Shown: positions 9,192 through 18,693, counted from the stretch's first letter. The stretch: 64,000 bases of DNA from an uncultured virus (IMG/VR IMGVR_UViG_3300027787_000001) (IMGVR_UViG_3300027787_000001), one strand, 5' to 3'. The notes: generated from the sequence alone by a model not told the origin. A program made the numbers and translations.

Positions 9192-9701
9192 ATGAGCCTT
9201 GAACGTAAAACCGTGAAAGCCCAGGTCAGCCGCATGGAGAGCCTAGATTTCTTCCCGCAATTACCGGCGGGCCTGAAGGAGGTCGAGAACGCGCTGATGG
9301 AGTTCCCAACCGCGGCAATGTGCGAAAGTTGGGTCACCGACTGGCTACAGGGGCATGAGGATTTCCCGAAGCCGGCCGCAATCTACGCTTCGCTGCGAAC
9401 CGTCAAGAACCTTCAGACGGAGACACAAGAGGCATGGAAGAACCCGCCGGCTGAAAAATACGACTGCCCGCACGGATGCAAGGGGTGGGGTACAATTCGC
9501 AACGAAGCCGGCGCCCACCAGTTCTGCCTGTGCAGCGCAGGCCAGGCGCTACGTGAAGCGAGCCCTGGTTGGCTGGAGCTCCTGGGTAGGTTGGACGCCA
9601 GAGCGCGTAAAACGCCCCGTAGCGCGAAAGGCGGCCTATCGACGAAGTTGGAAGGACTGGAGGGAAGGTATTACGAGGCGAAGAAGGGGGCCGATGGCTG
9701 A
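9192..9701 (+). CDS. Putative helicase-loader/P-like replication protein
   Basis: Follows initiator; FPKPAAI and CPHGCKGWG...CLC motifs. Confidence 0.6.
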   Translation: MSLERKTVKAQVSRMESLDFFPQLPAGLKEVENALMEFPTAAMCESWVTDWLQGHEDFPKPAAIYASLRTVKNLQTETQEAWKNPPAEKYDCPHGCKGWGTIRNEAGAHQFCLCSAGQALREASPGWLELLGRLDARARKTPRSAKGGLSTKLEGLEGRYYEAKKGADG

Positions 9702-9912
9702 CCAACCACCGCCGATCCCGAATAATGGCCGCCCGGCGATCTGGGATTTGGTGATTGCCGACATGAAGGCGCGCGACCAAGTTGGGCGAGAGCGGTATGG
9801 AACGCCGCTGCAAGCGTTCAACGGAAAGGATGCGCTGCTAGAGGCTTACCAGGAAGCACTGGACCTTGCGGTTTATCTGAGGCAGGCGATCGAGGAGCGA
9901 GAGAATGGCTGA
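9694..9912 (+). CDS. Conserved phage protein (all-alpha NTP pyrophosphatase-like)
   Basis: GRERYGTPLQAFNG.DAL.EAYQEALDLAVYL. Confidence 0.75.
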   Translation: MADQPPPIPNNGRPAIWDLVIADMKARDQVGRERYGTPLQAFNGKDALLEAYQEALDLAVYLRQAIEERENG

Positions 9913-10144
9913 CCAACAGACCAAACCGGCAACGCTGCCGAGTGATGAGGAGTTGCGCTGCTTCGCGGTAGATCGTTGCGAATATTCTCCAGCGTACACT
10001 TTTGAGAAATTGTGTGAGATCCGCGCCCGGACGCTGCGATGGGCGGCGATGCGCGTTAAACAGGGAGGCGGCGCAAATAGCTGGGCGATATCGGAAGAGC
10101 TGCGTCAAGCCGCAGGGGAGGCCGCTGATGCCCGACCGAGATGA
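9905..10144 (+). CDS. Hypothetical phage protein
   Basis: ATGGCTGA overlap, GGAG RBS. Confidence 0.6.
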   Translation: MADQQTKPATLPSDEELRCFAVDRCEYSPAYTFEKLCEIRARTLRWAAMRVKQGGGANSWAISEELRQAAGEAADARPR

Positions 10145-10517
10145 GATCGTTGAGAAGGCGCGGAGGTTGTTAGATGTCCAACACTTCTGCGCGGGCTGCG
10201 GTCATCCTGTTGTTGCCGACCATGATCCTTCGATGCGTGCGTGTCTGTACGGTTCTCACGGAGACTTTCCATGCAATTGTGATAGCCCAAGCCATGATGG
10301 GCCGGAACTCGCCCGTACAGTGATTGAGATGGCCGAGGAGCGGAAGGAATTGCTTAGGCTGTCGCCGTCCGGTGGTCTAGCGGAGCGCGTCCAGCAACTA
10401 AAAGCGCAACTCACCGAGGCGCGGAGGCTAATCGTACACACGAAGAAAGCTGACGTGCGGACGCCGCAGTGGTATGACGATGCTGACCTCTTCCTGAAGG
10501 AGACCGAACGTGGCTGA
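10128..10517 (+). CDS. Hypothetical protein with CxxCGH..H..C..CxC Zn motif
   Basis: GGAGG RBS, operon packing. Confidence 0.65.
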   Translation: MPDRDEIVEKARRLLDVQHFCAGCGHPVVADHDPSMRACLYGSHGDFPCNCDSPSHDGPELARTVIEMAEERKELLRLSPSGGLAERVQQLKAQLTEARRLIVHTKKADVRTPQWYDDADLFLKETERG

Positions 10518-10764
10518 CAACCAAAAGCTGGCGGAAGAAACTTTCCTGAGTACGCTGCATTCATCGAAACGCGCGGAGAAGATCGCTGCGATTGCCCGCG
10601 CCTTCGAACAGGTGGCGCTGGATGGCAAGATCGAAGCGTATAAACACTTACTGCCAAATATCGGAGGCCTGCAGGGGGCAATGCACTATCGGCAGCACAG
10701 CGAAGAGTTGGCAGAGTTGTGCACTAGCCTCGCGCAACTGAAAGGAGGGAAGGATGCTAAGTAA
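10510..10764 (+). CDS. Hypothetical phage protein
   Basis: AAGGAG RBS, GTGGCTGA overlap. Confidence 0.6.
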   Translation: MADNQKLAEETFLSTLHSSKRAEKIAAIARAFEQVALDGKIEAYKHLLPNIGGLQGAMHYRQHSEELAELCTSLAQLKGGKDAK

Positions 10765-10927
10765 CGAATGTCCGATCTGCCACCGCTATTTTCCTGTCGG
10801 TTTATATGACCACATTGAAGAATGCTCCCGGCGCGAGCGTGCAAAAGCTCCACATGGATACGAATCATTTGAGGACTATATGAACGACAAGGCCGCACCA
10901 CCGCTGGAGGAGTCCCGCAATGGCTGA
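10754..10927 (+). CDS. 57-aa C2HC Zn-finger protein (not in ORF track)
   Basis: MLSNECPICHRYFPVGLYDHIEEC...; AGGAGG RBS; fills the gap and overlaps both neighbours. Confidence 0.7.
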   Translation: MLSNECPICHRYFPVGLYDHIEECSRRERAKAPHGYESFEDYMNDKAAPPLEESRNG

Positions 10928-11252
10928 CGATTACCGCGCGCTGGCGGCGGACGTACTAAAGGGCTGCGGCGTACATCCGCTTGGTCTGATTGGTGCTATT
11001 GATGCGGTGGCTCAGTTCGCTAAGGAACGGGTGATTGAGGAACTAGAGCGGTTGGCGAAGGTGCGGTGCGAATGGTGCGAGGATAGTCCGGCAGTTCTTG
11101 GGAAGACAAATTATATCCACCATCTGCCAAAAGGAAGCTCTGATTTTGATACGGAGATGTGCCACGCCCAACCCGAGCAGCGCCGCATAGCCGAACTCAA
11201 AGCCGAACTGGAGAAATCACAATGCCCGTCACTGATCCCGTCGAAGCCCTGA
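10920..11252 (+). CDS. Hypothetical phage protein
   Basis: GGAGG RBS; CEWC...H...C. Confidence 0.65.
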   Translation: MADDYRALAADVLKGCGVHPLGLIGAIDAVAQFAKERVIEELERLAKVRCEWCEDSPAVLGKTNYIHHLPKGSSDFDTEMCHAQPEQRRIAELKAELEKSQCPSLIPSKP

Positions 11253-11917
11253 TGCGGGAACTGAAACCTGAGCGCTTCCTACACCAATCGCGCGAAGCAA
11301 TAGAGCGCGATCATCTGCACATTGTGGAGCACCACCAAAAGTACCTGATACCGCACTTGCGCCGCTATATCACGCCGGACGTGCAGACGGTGCTGGATTT
11401 TGGCTGCGGTTCCGGCGGATCAACAATTGCGCTTGCTCTGGAATTCCCTGGGTTGGAGATTATCGGGACCGACGTGGACAATCGGGAAATTGAGATTGCG
11501 CGTTGTCGAAGGAGATGCTACGGCATAGATGCGAAGCGTTGCAGTTTTCTCTTTGAACTTGCGAATAAGCGCCTGGCATTCTGGGGAAACGATTTTGACC
11601 TCTGCATCTGCTCATCGGTCCTCGAATACGTGACTGACCCGGCGGCCCGGCGCTTCTGCGTTCAGGAGATGGTGCGGCTGGTAAAACCTGGTGGTCTGCT
11701 ATTCTTTTCGATGCCGAATCGCCTGTACCCGTTCGAGATTCACACGCGCAAATGGGGGTGGAACTGGTTCCCGAGGCTGATGAATGCGCGGACGCTTGAT
11801 TGTACCTGGATGGAGGTAGAATGGCTGGCGCGGCCGGCGAAGCTCAGTCTCTACTGGACGCCGGTCATGCAATTACTGAGGCACTGGTCGAACTTTTGCT
11901 TGAAGAAGATGGAGTGA
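11222..11917 (+). CDS. Class I SAM-dependent methyltransferase
   Basis: VLDFGCGSG, GTDVD, FDLCICSSVLEYV, VKPGGLL motifs. Confidence 0.92.
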   Translation: MPVTDPVEALMRELKPERFLHQSREAIERDHLHIVEHHQKYLIPHLRRYITPDVQTVLDFGCGSGGSTIALALEFPGLEIIGTDVDNREIEIARCRRRCYGIDAKRCSFLFELANKRLAFWGNDFDLCICSSVLEYVTDPAARRFCVQEMVRLVKPGGLLFFSMPNRLYPFEIHTRKWGWNWFPRLMNARTLDCTWMEVEWLARPAKLSLYWTPVMQLLRHWSNFCLKKME

Positions 11918-11923
11918 CCAACA

Positions 11924-12163
11924 ATGAAGACTCTCGCGCTTTACCTCGCATCAGTGATCTGCTGCGCCGCCGACATCCTGCCGCTCGCCGCCGAGTACCA
12001 CGCGACACCATGCGGCGATCTAGCCGGGGGCAACGACCCTATCTGTGGCAGCGACGTGTTCGGGCCGAGCCTCGTCATCGTGTCGCCCTTGCGGTTTGAT
12101 CCCGATCCGAAGGTGCAGCAGGACATCAACCTGCAATATACGGTTCCACTCGCCCAGAGGTAG
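11924..12163 (+). pseudogene. Exported protein, probably truncated by an IS end
   Basis: Signal-peptide-like N-terminus; its stop TAG lies within GGTAGTGTC at 12159. Confidence 0.55.
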
Positions 12164-12185
12164 TGTCTAAAATGTGCGTTGATCG
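12159..12185 (+). mobile_element. Orphan IS1-family-like left end
   Basis: ggtagtgtctaaaatgtgcgttg resembles the IR at 14382. Confidence 0.65.
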
Positions 12186-12234
12186 GAAAAACTGAGCGGT
12201 TGCTTTCCGTCCGATCCCGCCGCACCATGAAAGC

Positions 12235-12543
12235 ATGCCATCTGACCGCAGTTCATTGCTGGCCCTTCGAGACCTGATCGCCGATACAGACCTTACTCTC
12301 GAAACCATTCCTGATCTTCCCCAGAACCGCACGGCCCATTGTCGCGAAAATCTCCGTGCGGCGCTGGCGCTCGCCGATGATCTCATCAAGCAGGCCAAGA
12401 TGACACCGGCAGCGGCTATGGGGCATAAAGGCGGCGGGGCCACAGCGCGCAAGTACGGCAGCGAACATTTCCGTCAACTTGCGGCACAGCGCAAAACACG
12501 GGCTGGCGGAAGGCCACGAAAGCAGTCTCCTGACAAGAAGTAA
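12235..12543 (+). CDS. Small protein with C-terminal KGG motif and basic tail
   Basis: AAAMGHKGGGATARKYGSEHFRQLAAQRKTRAGGRPRK. Confidence 0.75.
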   Translation: MPSDRSSLLALRDLIADTDLTLETIPDLPQNRTAHCRENLRAALALADDLIKQAKMTPAAAMGHKGGGATARKYGSEHFRQLAAQRKTRAGGRPRKQSPDKK

Positions 12544-12568
12544 GGTAGTGTCCACCGATGCGTTGGTT
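12544..12568 (+). mobile_element. Second orphan IS1-family-like left end
   Basis: ggtagtgtccaccgatgcgttgg immediately after a stop codon. Confidence 0.55.
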
Positions 12569-12667
12569 AAATATTCATCGGCTTTGCGACCCCAACAGAT
12601 TGTGGTAGCGCGTGCCATCACCGATATGTCGCCGTACTGTTCCTCGGTGATAAAATATACCCTATAC

Positions 12668-12709
12668 ACAAAGGCCCGACTCTGCGACACCGCAGAACCG
12701 GGCCTTTGT
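12668..12709. terminator. Hairpin, possible bidirectional terminator
   Basis: acaaaggcccg ... cgggcctttgt inverted repeat. Confidence 0.55.
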
Positions 12710-13019
12710 TGAATCCGTGGTTGACGGACCGAGTAGCTGTTGACACTCCTACTCTAGTCCAATTCCGGGCGGTCCGTCAATTTCGGGGCCGAGCTGTCAA
12801 TGTCAATCGACGGCCATTATCGAAGTTGGAGAATTGAGAAAAATGCAAAAGCAACCGTGGCATTCGAAGAGACCAGGAGAGACGGTGTAACACGATAATG
12901 ACAAGTGCACCGAAGGAAACAACATCGAGACGTACTACATGGCACCCGGTACGGGCGGTCGCAGAAAATGCGAACACTGCGAGCGCCTGGATCGGGCTGG
13001 CCAATAAAAACCTAAGCGG

Positions 13020-13301
13020 TTACCGGATAGGGAAGAAGGTCAGTTCCCACCACGGACCGTTTATTTCACCATCACTGACGCCCCACACGCGTCTGAGATT
13101 GTACGCGTTCAGTTGGTTATTGAGCGCGATATGAAGTGCTCTCAGGCCCTCTGTGGGGCCGCCATGAAACCGTACCGTGGCCTCGGGAAATGTATGCCCG
13201 AGGCCACCCTGACATGATTCAAATGTCTCTATCCCAGCCGCTCGCAGAATCTCAACTTCGCGCTTGATGCCATCATCAAATTGATGATTCAGCGGGTACA
13301 T
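13020..13301 (-). CDS. Hypothetical passenger protein
   Basis: DDGI...VEILRAAGIETFESCQGG.GH motif; start uncertain. Confidence 0.7.
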   Translation of the reverse strand: MYPLNHQFDDGIKREVEILRAAGIETFESCQGGLGHTFPEATVRFHGGPTEGLRALHIALNNQLNAYNLRRVWGVSDGEINGPWWELTFFPIR

Positions 13302-13516
13302 CCCAAGAATTATATTCTGAAAGCAACGAATCTGTGCATAAAATCTGTTATGCGTCCCGATGATTTTGTTTCGGTTCTAATACAGAATTTCGCCTACGCT
13401 CCAGATCCGGTCCGCAATTTATATTACTACATAGGTATATCCTGTCAAGTAAAATATCTTATTGTAATACCCGCCATACTGTGATATTTTATAGTGGTAG
13501 ATCAGGGAGGGATCGA

Positions 13517-13864
13517 ATGCCGAGAGTGCCGATCACCGTGATGGGCTACCGCTGTGAGCGATGTAGCCATGAATGGATTCCACGTGACACGTCGCAAGAG
13601 CCATCCGTATGCCCAAAATGCAAAAGTCCCTATTGGAATCGTCCGAGGAAGAAGCCAAGCTCCATGCTGACCTACGAGGACTTTCGGGACAAGATCCAGC
13701 AGACCTTGAAGCAATCTAGCCCGCTCACGTGGACTGAGATACGGACCCTTGCGAAGCTACCGGAGAAATTTCCCAACAACAAGTGGGTGTGCCGGATGGA
13801 GCAGGATATCGGACTCAAGCGCAATAAAGACGCGCACGGGATTATTAAATGGAAACTCGGCTGA
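13517..13864 (+). CDS. Zn-ribbon plus putative winged-helix protein
   Basis: YRCERCSHEWIPR...CPKCKSPYWN; GGAGG RBS. Confidence 0.8.
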   Translation: MPRVPITVMGYRCERCSHEWIPRDTSQEPSVCPKCKSPYWNRPRKKPSSMLTYEDFRDKIQQTLKQSSPLTWTEIRTLAKLPEKFPNNKWVCRMEQDIGLKRNKDAHGIIKWKLG

Positions 13865-13883
13865 CCTGCGTTAAACTGAGGCC

Positions 13884-14408
13884 ATGCCACAGGCGAACAG
13901 GCTCAGTCTTCCAAGCGCTACCGTGAAAATGCAGGTTGCAAATCGGATAATTTGGAATGATGCACGTTCAGCTACCTTGGCTGATTTTTTCACAATTGGT
14001 TACACGGGCAGGAAGACCGAAGAGATTATAGCGACGCTTAAGCAGCACGGAGTGCGAACCCTGGTGGACATTCGGCAGAACCCCGTCAGCATGTATCGCC
14101 CAGAGCTAAGCAAGAGCAATCTCGCCCAACTTCTGGAAGATAACGGGATGTGTTACGCCCACCTGCCACAATTCGGAGTACCGCGCGATATTAGGGCCAA
14201 AGCAATTGAAACGGGAAGCCGTGATGTGATCTGGGCCTGGTATGACGAAAATGTTGTCGCGTCGTCCCTGAATCTTCACTACTTCCTAAATGGGTTCGAG
14301 CACCCGGTAGCGCTAATGTGCACCGAAATCGACCCACATGAATGCCATAGGCACCGCCTCTCGCTGGCACTGGAAGCGATGGGTAGTGTCCTAAATCTGC
14401 GGTGCTGA
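13884..14408 (+). CDS. DUF488 family protein, C-terminus supplied by IS end
   Basis: FTIGY, LVDIR..PVS, ALMC.E.DP..CHR; stop codon lies inside the IR. Confidence 0.85.
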   Translation: MPQANRLSLPSATVKMQVANRIIWNDARSATLADFFTIGYTGRKTEEIIATLKQHGVRTLVDIRQNPVSMYRPELSKSNLAQLLEDNGMCYAHLPQFGVPRDIRAKAIETGSRDVIWAWYDENVVASSLNLHYFLNGFEHPVALMCTEIDPHECHRHRLSLALEAMGSVLNLRC

Positions 14409-14415
14409 AGATAAT

Positions 14416-14940
14416 TCAATCTTTATCGCGACTGGCCAAAAGTTTACCGGCTAACGCAGACAGCATTGTGAAACTCGCAGCCAGAACAGGATTGCCTAAG
14501 CTTGAATTTCCCGTTGCCGATAGCACGAGGCCGCCACCGATGCCGCCAATCGTCACAACCAAAATTGTCACAGTGAGTGCAGTCTGATGATTAAGCTTTT
14601 TCTTCCTAAATTCATGATCGCGCTTGCTTTGCTCTTCGCGATTCTGCAATGAGGATTGAAATCCTTTTAATCTGCACTCTTCTTCGTGCATCTCGGTCTG
14701 AGCGAGCGTCTTTGCTGTCTCGGGGTCTGGGCCGAACCCAAATGTAGTCCGAGAAAGTGCCACGGACAAAATCGCTTTTGCATCTTGGTCAGGAACTTTC
14801 TCTAACGCACTCAGAATCGGGCGCGGCAGCGGAACAGAAATCTCGGGCGGCTTCTCAAGGCTCTTGGACGGATCGGCCACTTCTGGGGGTGTTTGGGGTG
14901 TAGCGGTTCCGTCGTGGGGGCTGTCCGGGCCAGCAGACAT
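14416..14940 (-). CDS. Membrane protein (DUF2335-like)
   Basis: FGPDPE.., E..HE, two C-terminal hydrophobic helices. Confidence 0.7.
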   Translation of the reverse strand: MSAGPDSPHDGTATPQTPPEVADPSKSLEKPPEISVPLPRPILSALEKVPDQDAKAILSVALSRTTFGFGPDPETAKTLAQTEMHEEECRLKGFQSSLQNREEQSKRDHEFRKKKLNHQTALTVTILVVTIGGIGGGLVLSATGNSSLGNPVLAASFTMLSALAGKLLASRDKD

Positions 14941-14949
14941 TTCTAAAGT

Positions 14950-15219
14950 CTACCGCTTTGCAGCAGCTTTGGATACGAATCTGTTCAACAACTCAGACCA
15001 CCGGCTGAGCAACTCGGAATAGACAGCGGCTCGCGAAATGGACTCGACTCGGAACGATGTCATATCAGAATCGACTGGCACGATTCGATGAAAATGGGCG
15101 GCATCGGACGACCGGAGCTGAGCAGCTCGCTTGACTGCCTCGTCCAGCGCAAGCGCCGGTTCATCGGCGTGTCTGTATTCGAACAGATCGTAATCTGTTG
15201 ATTCCATTAGGCTAGGCAT
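14950..15219 (-). CDS. Hypothetical passenger protein
   Basis: ORF directly upstream of the membrane protein. Confidence 0.65.
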   Translation of the reverse strand: MPSLMESTDYDLFEYRHADEPALALDEAVKRAAQLRSSDAAHFHRIVPVDSDMTSFRVESISRAAVYSELLSRWSELLNRFVSKAAAKR

Positions 15220-15394
15220 AAATATCGGCTATTGACAAAAAACTATATAACCAATGTTACCTTTAGTCAATCCCTTCCCGCTACCTTAGACGTGCGGTCA
15301 GGAACAGAAGTCTCTCATTTTTCACACATCGGCTGCTATGAATCCTAGTTCTCTTTGGTTATCGACAAGAAGATTTCTGATGGGAAAATTTTGC

Positions 15395-16330
15395 TCAAGA
15401 CAGAAGTTCTCTCAGATCCCACACGCGATTTGCGATCCCCGCCTGCATCGCCGGAGTCACCCGCAAACTGGAATGAATCCGGCAGAAGTTGTACCAGGCG
15501 AAGTGCAGACAGAGCGCTGCCCAAAGATTCTCCCACTTCTTACTAAAGCCGTTCGTGAGCCGCGTCAGCCTACGAATCTGCATCCGCATGGTGAGGTTCT
15601 GGCGTTCGATGTGAGAGGTACAGATGCGCTTCGGATCGGGATTGCCGATGACTGGGACCGCCTCTGTGGAAACGACTTCGGCGGGGCTGTAGCGTGCTTC
15701 GCCAGCAACGGAAGCGCGATAGACCTTGATGAGTTGCGCGAAGTCCACGCGGTCGGAGAGCGTGTTTTCCACGGCGCTAGGGTACGTTCCGAATCCGTCG
15801 GCGCTGAGCTGGTAGGGTTTCGGCGCGGTCGCGTGCCGCAAACCTTCGATGAAAATATCCGTTGTGGCCTGGTCGCGTTTCCCGAGGGCAAAGTTTAGAA
15901 CTAGTTTTGAGTGCCGTTCGATTGCAACGAACGTATAGGCGTCTCCAAAGTTAGGGTCATCACCGGGCTGGAGTGCCTTCTGCTTCTTGAAGCAGAATCC
16001 CCAGATTTCGTCGAGTTGAACATCGCGGACCGGCACATTGACGATCATCCGGCCCAGGATGGCCTCGCAGCGCTGTCCGGCGAGAACCAGCAGGCGCATG
16101 ATCGTATCGCGGTGTAGGCCAGTGATGCGCTCCGCGCTTCTGATGCTGTTCCCTTCGAGTAGGAGTTGAAGCGCCAGTAGGCCCTTATCTGCGGGCGTGT
16201 ACATCGCGTCAAAGGGGCGCTCATGAGCTTCCGTGAAGGTTTTCTTGCACTGAGCGCAGCGGTAGCGCTGAAGGCCGTTGCGGTGCTTACCGTTGCGCTT
16301 ACATTCGATCCGGCAGGAATGGCAGGTCAT
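15395..16330 (-). CDS. IS1-family DDE transposase (single ORF: Zn finger-HTH-DDE)
   Basis: CxxC...GLQRYRCxxC; LEGNSIRSAERITG; VQLDEIW, LSADGF..Y, HIERQNLTMR..IRRLTRLT.GFSKK, YNFCRIHSSLRVTPAMQAG. Confidence 0.93.
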   Translation of the reverse strand: MTCHSCRIECKRNGKHRNGLQRYRCAQCKKTFTEAHERPFDAMYTPADKGLLALQLLLEGNSIRSAERITGLHRDTIMRLLVLAGQRCEAILGRMIVNVPVRDVQLDEIWGFCFKKQKALQPGDDPNFGDAYTFVAIERHSKLVLNFALGKRDQATTDIFIEGLRHATAPKPYQLSADGFGTYPSAVENTLSDRVDFAQLIKVYRASVAGEARYSPAEVVSTEAVPVIGNPDPKRICTSHIERQNLTMRMQIRRLTRLTNGFSKKWENLWAALCLHFAWYNFCRIHSSLRVTPAMQAGIANRVWDLRELLS

Positions 16331-16461
16331 GGAATCTCCTCTTGAGTTCCGCAGCCTGAAGCCGGATAATCGAGGTGCGAACCTGTACGGCTTCGGCTGT
16401 ACGGATAGTGGCCCCGGTTGTAGCTCTAACTACTTCCGGGGCTTTTGTTTTCATGCTTCTA

Positions 16462-16536
16462 TTATACGTGAGCGGTCACGTATAAAGCAAGGGGAAAATG
16501 ATACAGAAATCCCTTTACTTTTCGTGAGCGCTCACG
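16462..16536. promoter_or_regulatory. Two palindromic operator-like sites between divergent genes
   Basis: ttatacgtga-gcgg-tcacgtataa (16462-16485) and cgtgagcgctcacg (16523-16536). Confidence 0.75.
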
Positions 16537-16549
16537 TATCATTGGTTAC

Positions 16550-16720
16550 GTGCCAAACAAGAGAAAGAATCCCGCTGCCGTGGCACTTGGCCGTAAAGGT
16601 GGTAAAAAAGGCGGCCCAGCGCGGGCGGCAAGTATGACCGCCGAGCAGCGCAAACAAAGTGCCCGAAAGGCAGTTCAGGCACGCTGGGCTAAGGTAAAGG
16701 CGGAAAACGCCGAAAGTTGA
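16550..16720 (+). CDS. 56-aa basic KGG-motif protein (not in ORF track)
   Basis: KNPAAVALGRKGGKKGGPARAASMTAEQRKQSARKAVQARW; TATCAT -10 seven bases before GTG. Confidence 0.85.
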   Translation: MPNKRKNPAAVALGRKGGKKGGPARAASMTAEQRKQSARKAVQARWAKVKAENAES

Positions 16721-17350
16721 GCTTTTGGAGACCAGGGCGGGAGTCGCGCCCGTTGCACAGGAGATGCAAGCTCCTGTCCCAGTAACTCACCGGGTTAAGC
16801 CCCTGGCCGTCTCCAAAAAGCGGGGGAGCATCAAAAAAACGGTGCTCCCCTGTCCGTCGAAACAAGGTTTCGCTTTTTTGCTGGACTGGTGGGCCGCGAA
16901 TATGGTAAGTAAACACGTAGAGCGGTCGCATTGTGAATCGCTTCCCTTCGGTGGAACCGGGTTTCTGAGGCCCTACGGTCCAGCGAAAGTCCTAATCCGA
17001 ATTGCTCTGGAGCCGCTTTAACGCGGCTCTTGGAGTTTTTGGGCTATAAATTCCTCCAAAACATTTTCTATCGAAATTGTATTATAGGCGACGCACCGAC
17101 AGATTTACAGTGCTCTCACCGCAGGATCGCTCCAATGCAAGGGATTGTGCTTCCGTGGATTCTGCCCGGCCTGTGCCCCCCGAACAGAAGCTACATTATA
17201 GGCTCAAAAATGTTGATTGCAAAGTGTTTTGTTCTGATCCACGGCTCATTGCGGATCACGCCGGGCAATGCAGGCGGAGATTGCGGATCGGGTTTGGCCA
17301 CTGACCGAATTACTGACCCCTTGATCGATATATAGTAGATCAAGCCCCCG

Positions 17351-18265
17351 ATGGATACTGAACCAGGCCGCGACGATCAGAAGGATACCTCCGAGTCCAA
17401 AAAACAGGAGGCGCTTTCGGTCGGGAAAGCTCGGGAGGAAGCCAAGAAAGCAGCATCCTCCAGTGGCGCAGAGAATGCCAATAGTCACCAGGAGCCAACC
17501 CACTCTCTGAAGATACTCCTTCGGGGCCATTCCATGCTGGAATGGATCAGCCTGGGATTCACTCTGGTTCTGGTATTGGTCGGCATTTTCTACACATTCT
17601 ATGCGGCAAAGCAATGGCAAGCCATGCAAGCGGCCCTTAAAAAAACGGACCAGTCCCTTGAGTTGACCCGACAATCCTTGGAACTCAACCGACGACAGAC
17701 TGTTGCCGCCGAGGAATCCGCAAAAGCTGCTAGTGAATCCGTTAGACTCGGCAAGTCGTCTTTGGATACCTCGACAAAATCCTTTCAGATAGAACAGCGC
17801 CCATACCTCATAACAGCGGGCGCACCCAGGTTTGTTGGCGACGCCCGCCCCGCCGCTGATCATCCGATACACGTCAACATTACTTTTCTGAATGTCGGCA
17901 AGACTCCTGCTATTAGAGTCCAGGCTTTCCGTCACTTGGCTATACTGCCAGGGCAATCCAATATGGTTGCCGTAAGTGCCTTCATCGAGAGGTTTTTCGC
18001 CGATGCAAGGCAAACAAAGGATGACGGCCAAGGAGAAGATGTAGCTCCAGGAGGAACCTTTTTTACCACTGGTCAGGACCTTCCGATATTGTCCGCTGAG
18101 GAGATTGCCGCAATAGAGCAGAGCCGAGATGCTATTTATTTCATTGGAGGAGCCAGTTATGAAGATGCTTTTCGCTCCAGACACAAGACCGAGTTTTGTT
18201 TCTCTTTTATCGGAACGGACATTACCGTTTGGCATATCTGTGGCACACATAACACCGTCCGCTGA
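17351..18265 (+). CDS. Single-pass membrane protein with coiled coil and beta-rich C-terminal domain
   Basis: One TM helix, QW.AM, EQRPYL, NVGKTPA, YEDAF...H.TEFC. Confidence 0.8.
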   Translation: MDTEPGRDDQKDTSESKKQEALSVGKAREEAKKAASSSGAENANSHQEPTHSLKILLRGHSMLEWISLGFTLVLVLVGIFYTFYAAKQWQAMQAALKKTDQSLELTRQSLELNRRQTVAAEESAKAASESVRLGKSSLDTSTKSFQIEQRPYLITAGAPRFVGDARPAADHPIHVNITFLNVGKTPAIRVQAFRHLAILPGQSNMVAVSAFIERFFADARQTKDDGQGEDVAPGGTFFTTGQDLPILSAEEIAAIEQSRDAIYFIGGASYEDAFRSRHKTEFCFSFIGTDITVWHICGTHNTVR

Positions 18266-18375
18266 AGATTCCCTGGGACGCGACCACGCGGCTGCCCTCA
18301 GTCTACACCCGCTGTCAAATTTCTCAGCACCGCAGATTTAGGACACTACCTAAAGTGTGCCCGAGAAAGGAAAAT

Positions 18376-18645
18376 ATGCAAATAATTGAAAATGAAGTTG
18401 TCTCTGGAAAAACAGTCTCGATTGACGACAAGAATTTCGTCAATTGTCGCTACAAAGACTGCACGGTTCTCTACAGTGGTGGGGACTTCGGTTGGGTCAA
18501 CACCTTCTTTGAGAACTGCCAAGTCAACTTGGCCGGGTCGGCGCAGAAGACCGCAAATCTGCTGACCTTCTTTGGCATTCTCAAGTTGCCCACGAATACC
18601 GGTGGGAACGGTCCTCACGGATCTGGCTCACCCGCAGTCCAGTAA
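18376..18645 (+). CDS. Hypothetical protein
   Basis: AAGGA RBS; IDDKNFVNCRYKDCTVLYSGG; followed by terminators. Confidence 0.75.
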   Translation: MQIIENEVVSGKTVSIDDKNFVNCRYKDCTVLYSGGDFGWVNTFFENCQVNLAGSAQKTANLLTFFGILKLPTNTGGNGPHGSGSPAVQ

Positions 18646-18693
18646 GCCGTAAATTCGCAGTAGAAAATCTGCGATTTACTTTTCCTTGTTTTC

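Larger units (their letters stand above)
14382..18350 (-). mobile_element. IS1-family transposable element with passenger genes (3969 bp)
   Basis: Perfect 27-bp terminal IRs ggtagtgtcctaaatctgcggtgctga (14382-14408 / 18324-18350) enclosing an IS1-type transposase; no target duplication. Confidence 0.9.

Noticed and set aside
15338..15898. 186-aa + strand ORF
   Set aside because: Antisense shadow of the transposase
16523..16536. lac operator (core matches symmetric lacO GTGAGCGCTCAC)
   Set aside because: Lacks AATT flanks and no LacI-family gene is nearby; kept only as an unidentified operator
17246..18250. 334-aa - strand ORF
   Set aside because: Antisense to 17351-18265, which has coherent membrane-protein architecture
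14374..18358. Target-site duplication for the IS
   Set aside because: Flanks aagcgatg and taaagtgt do not match
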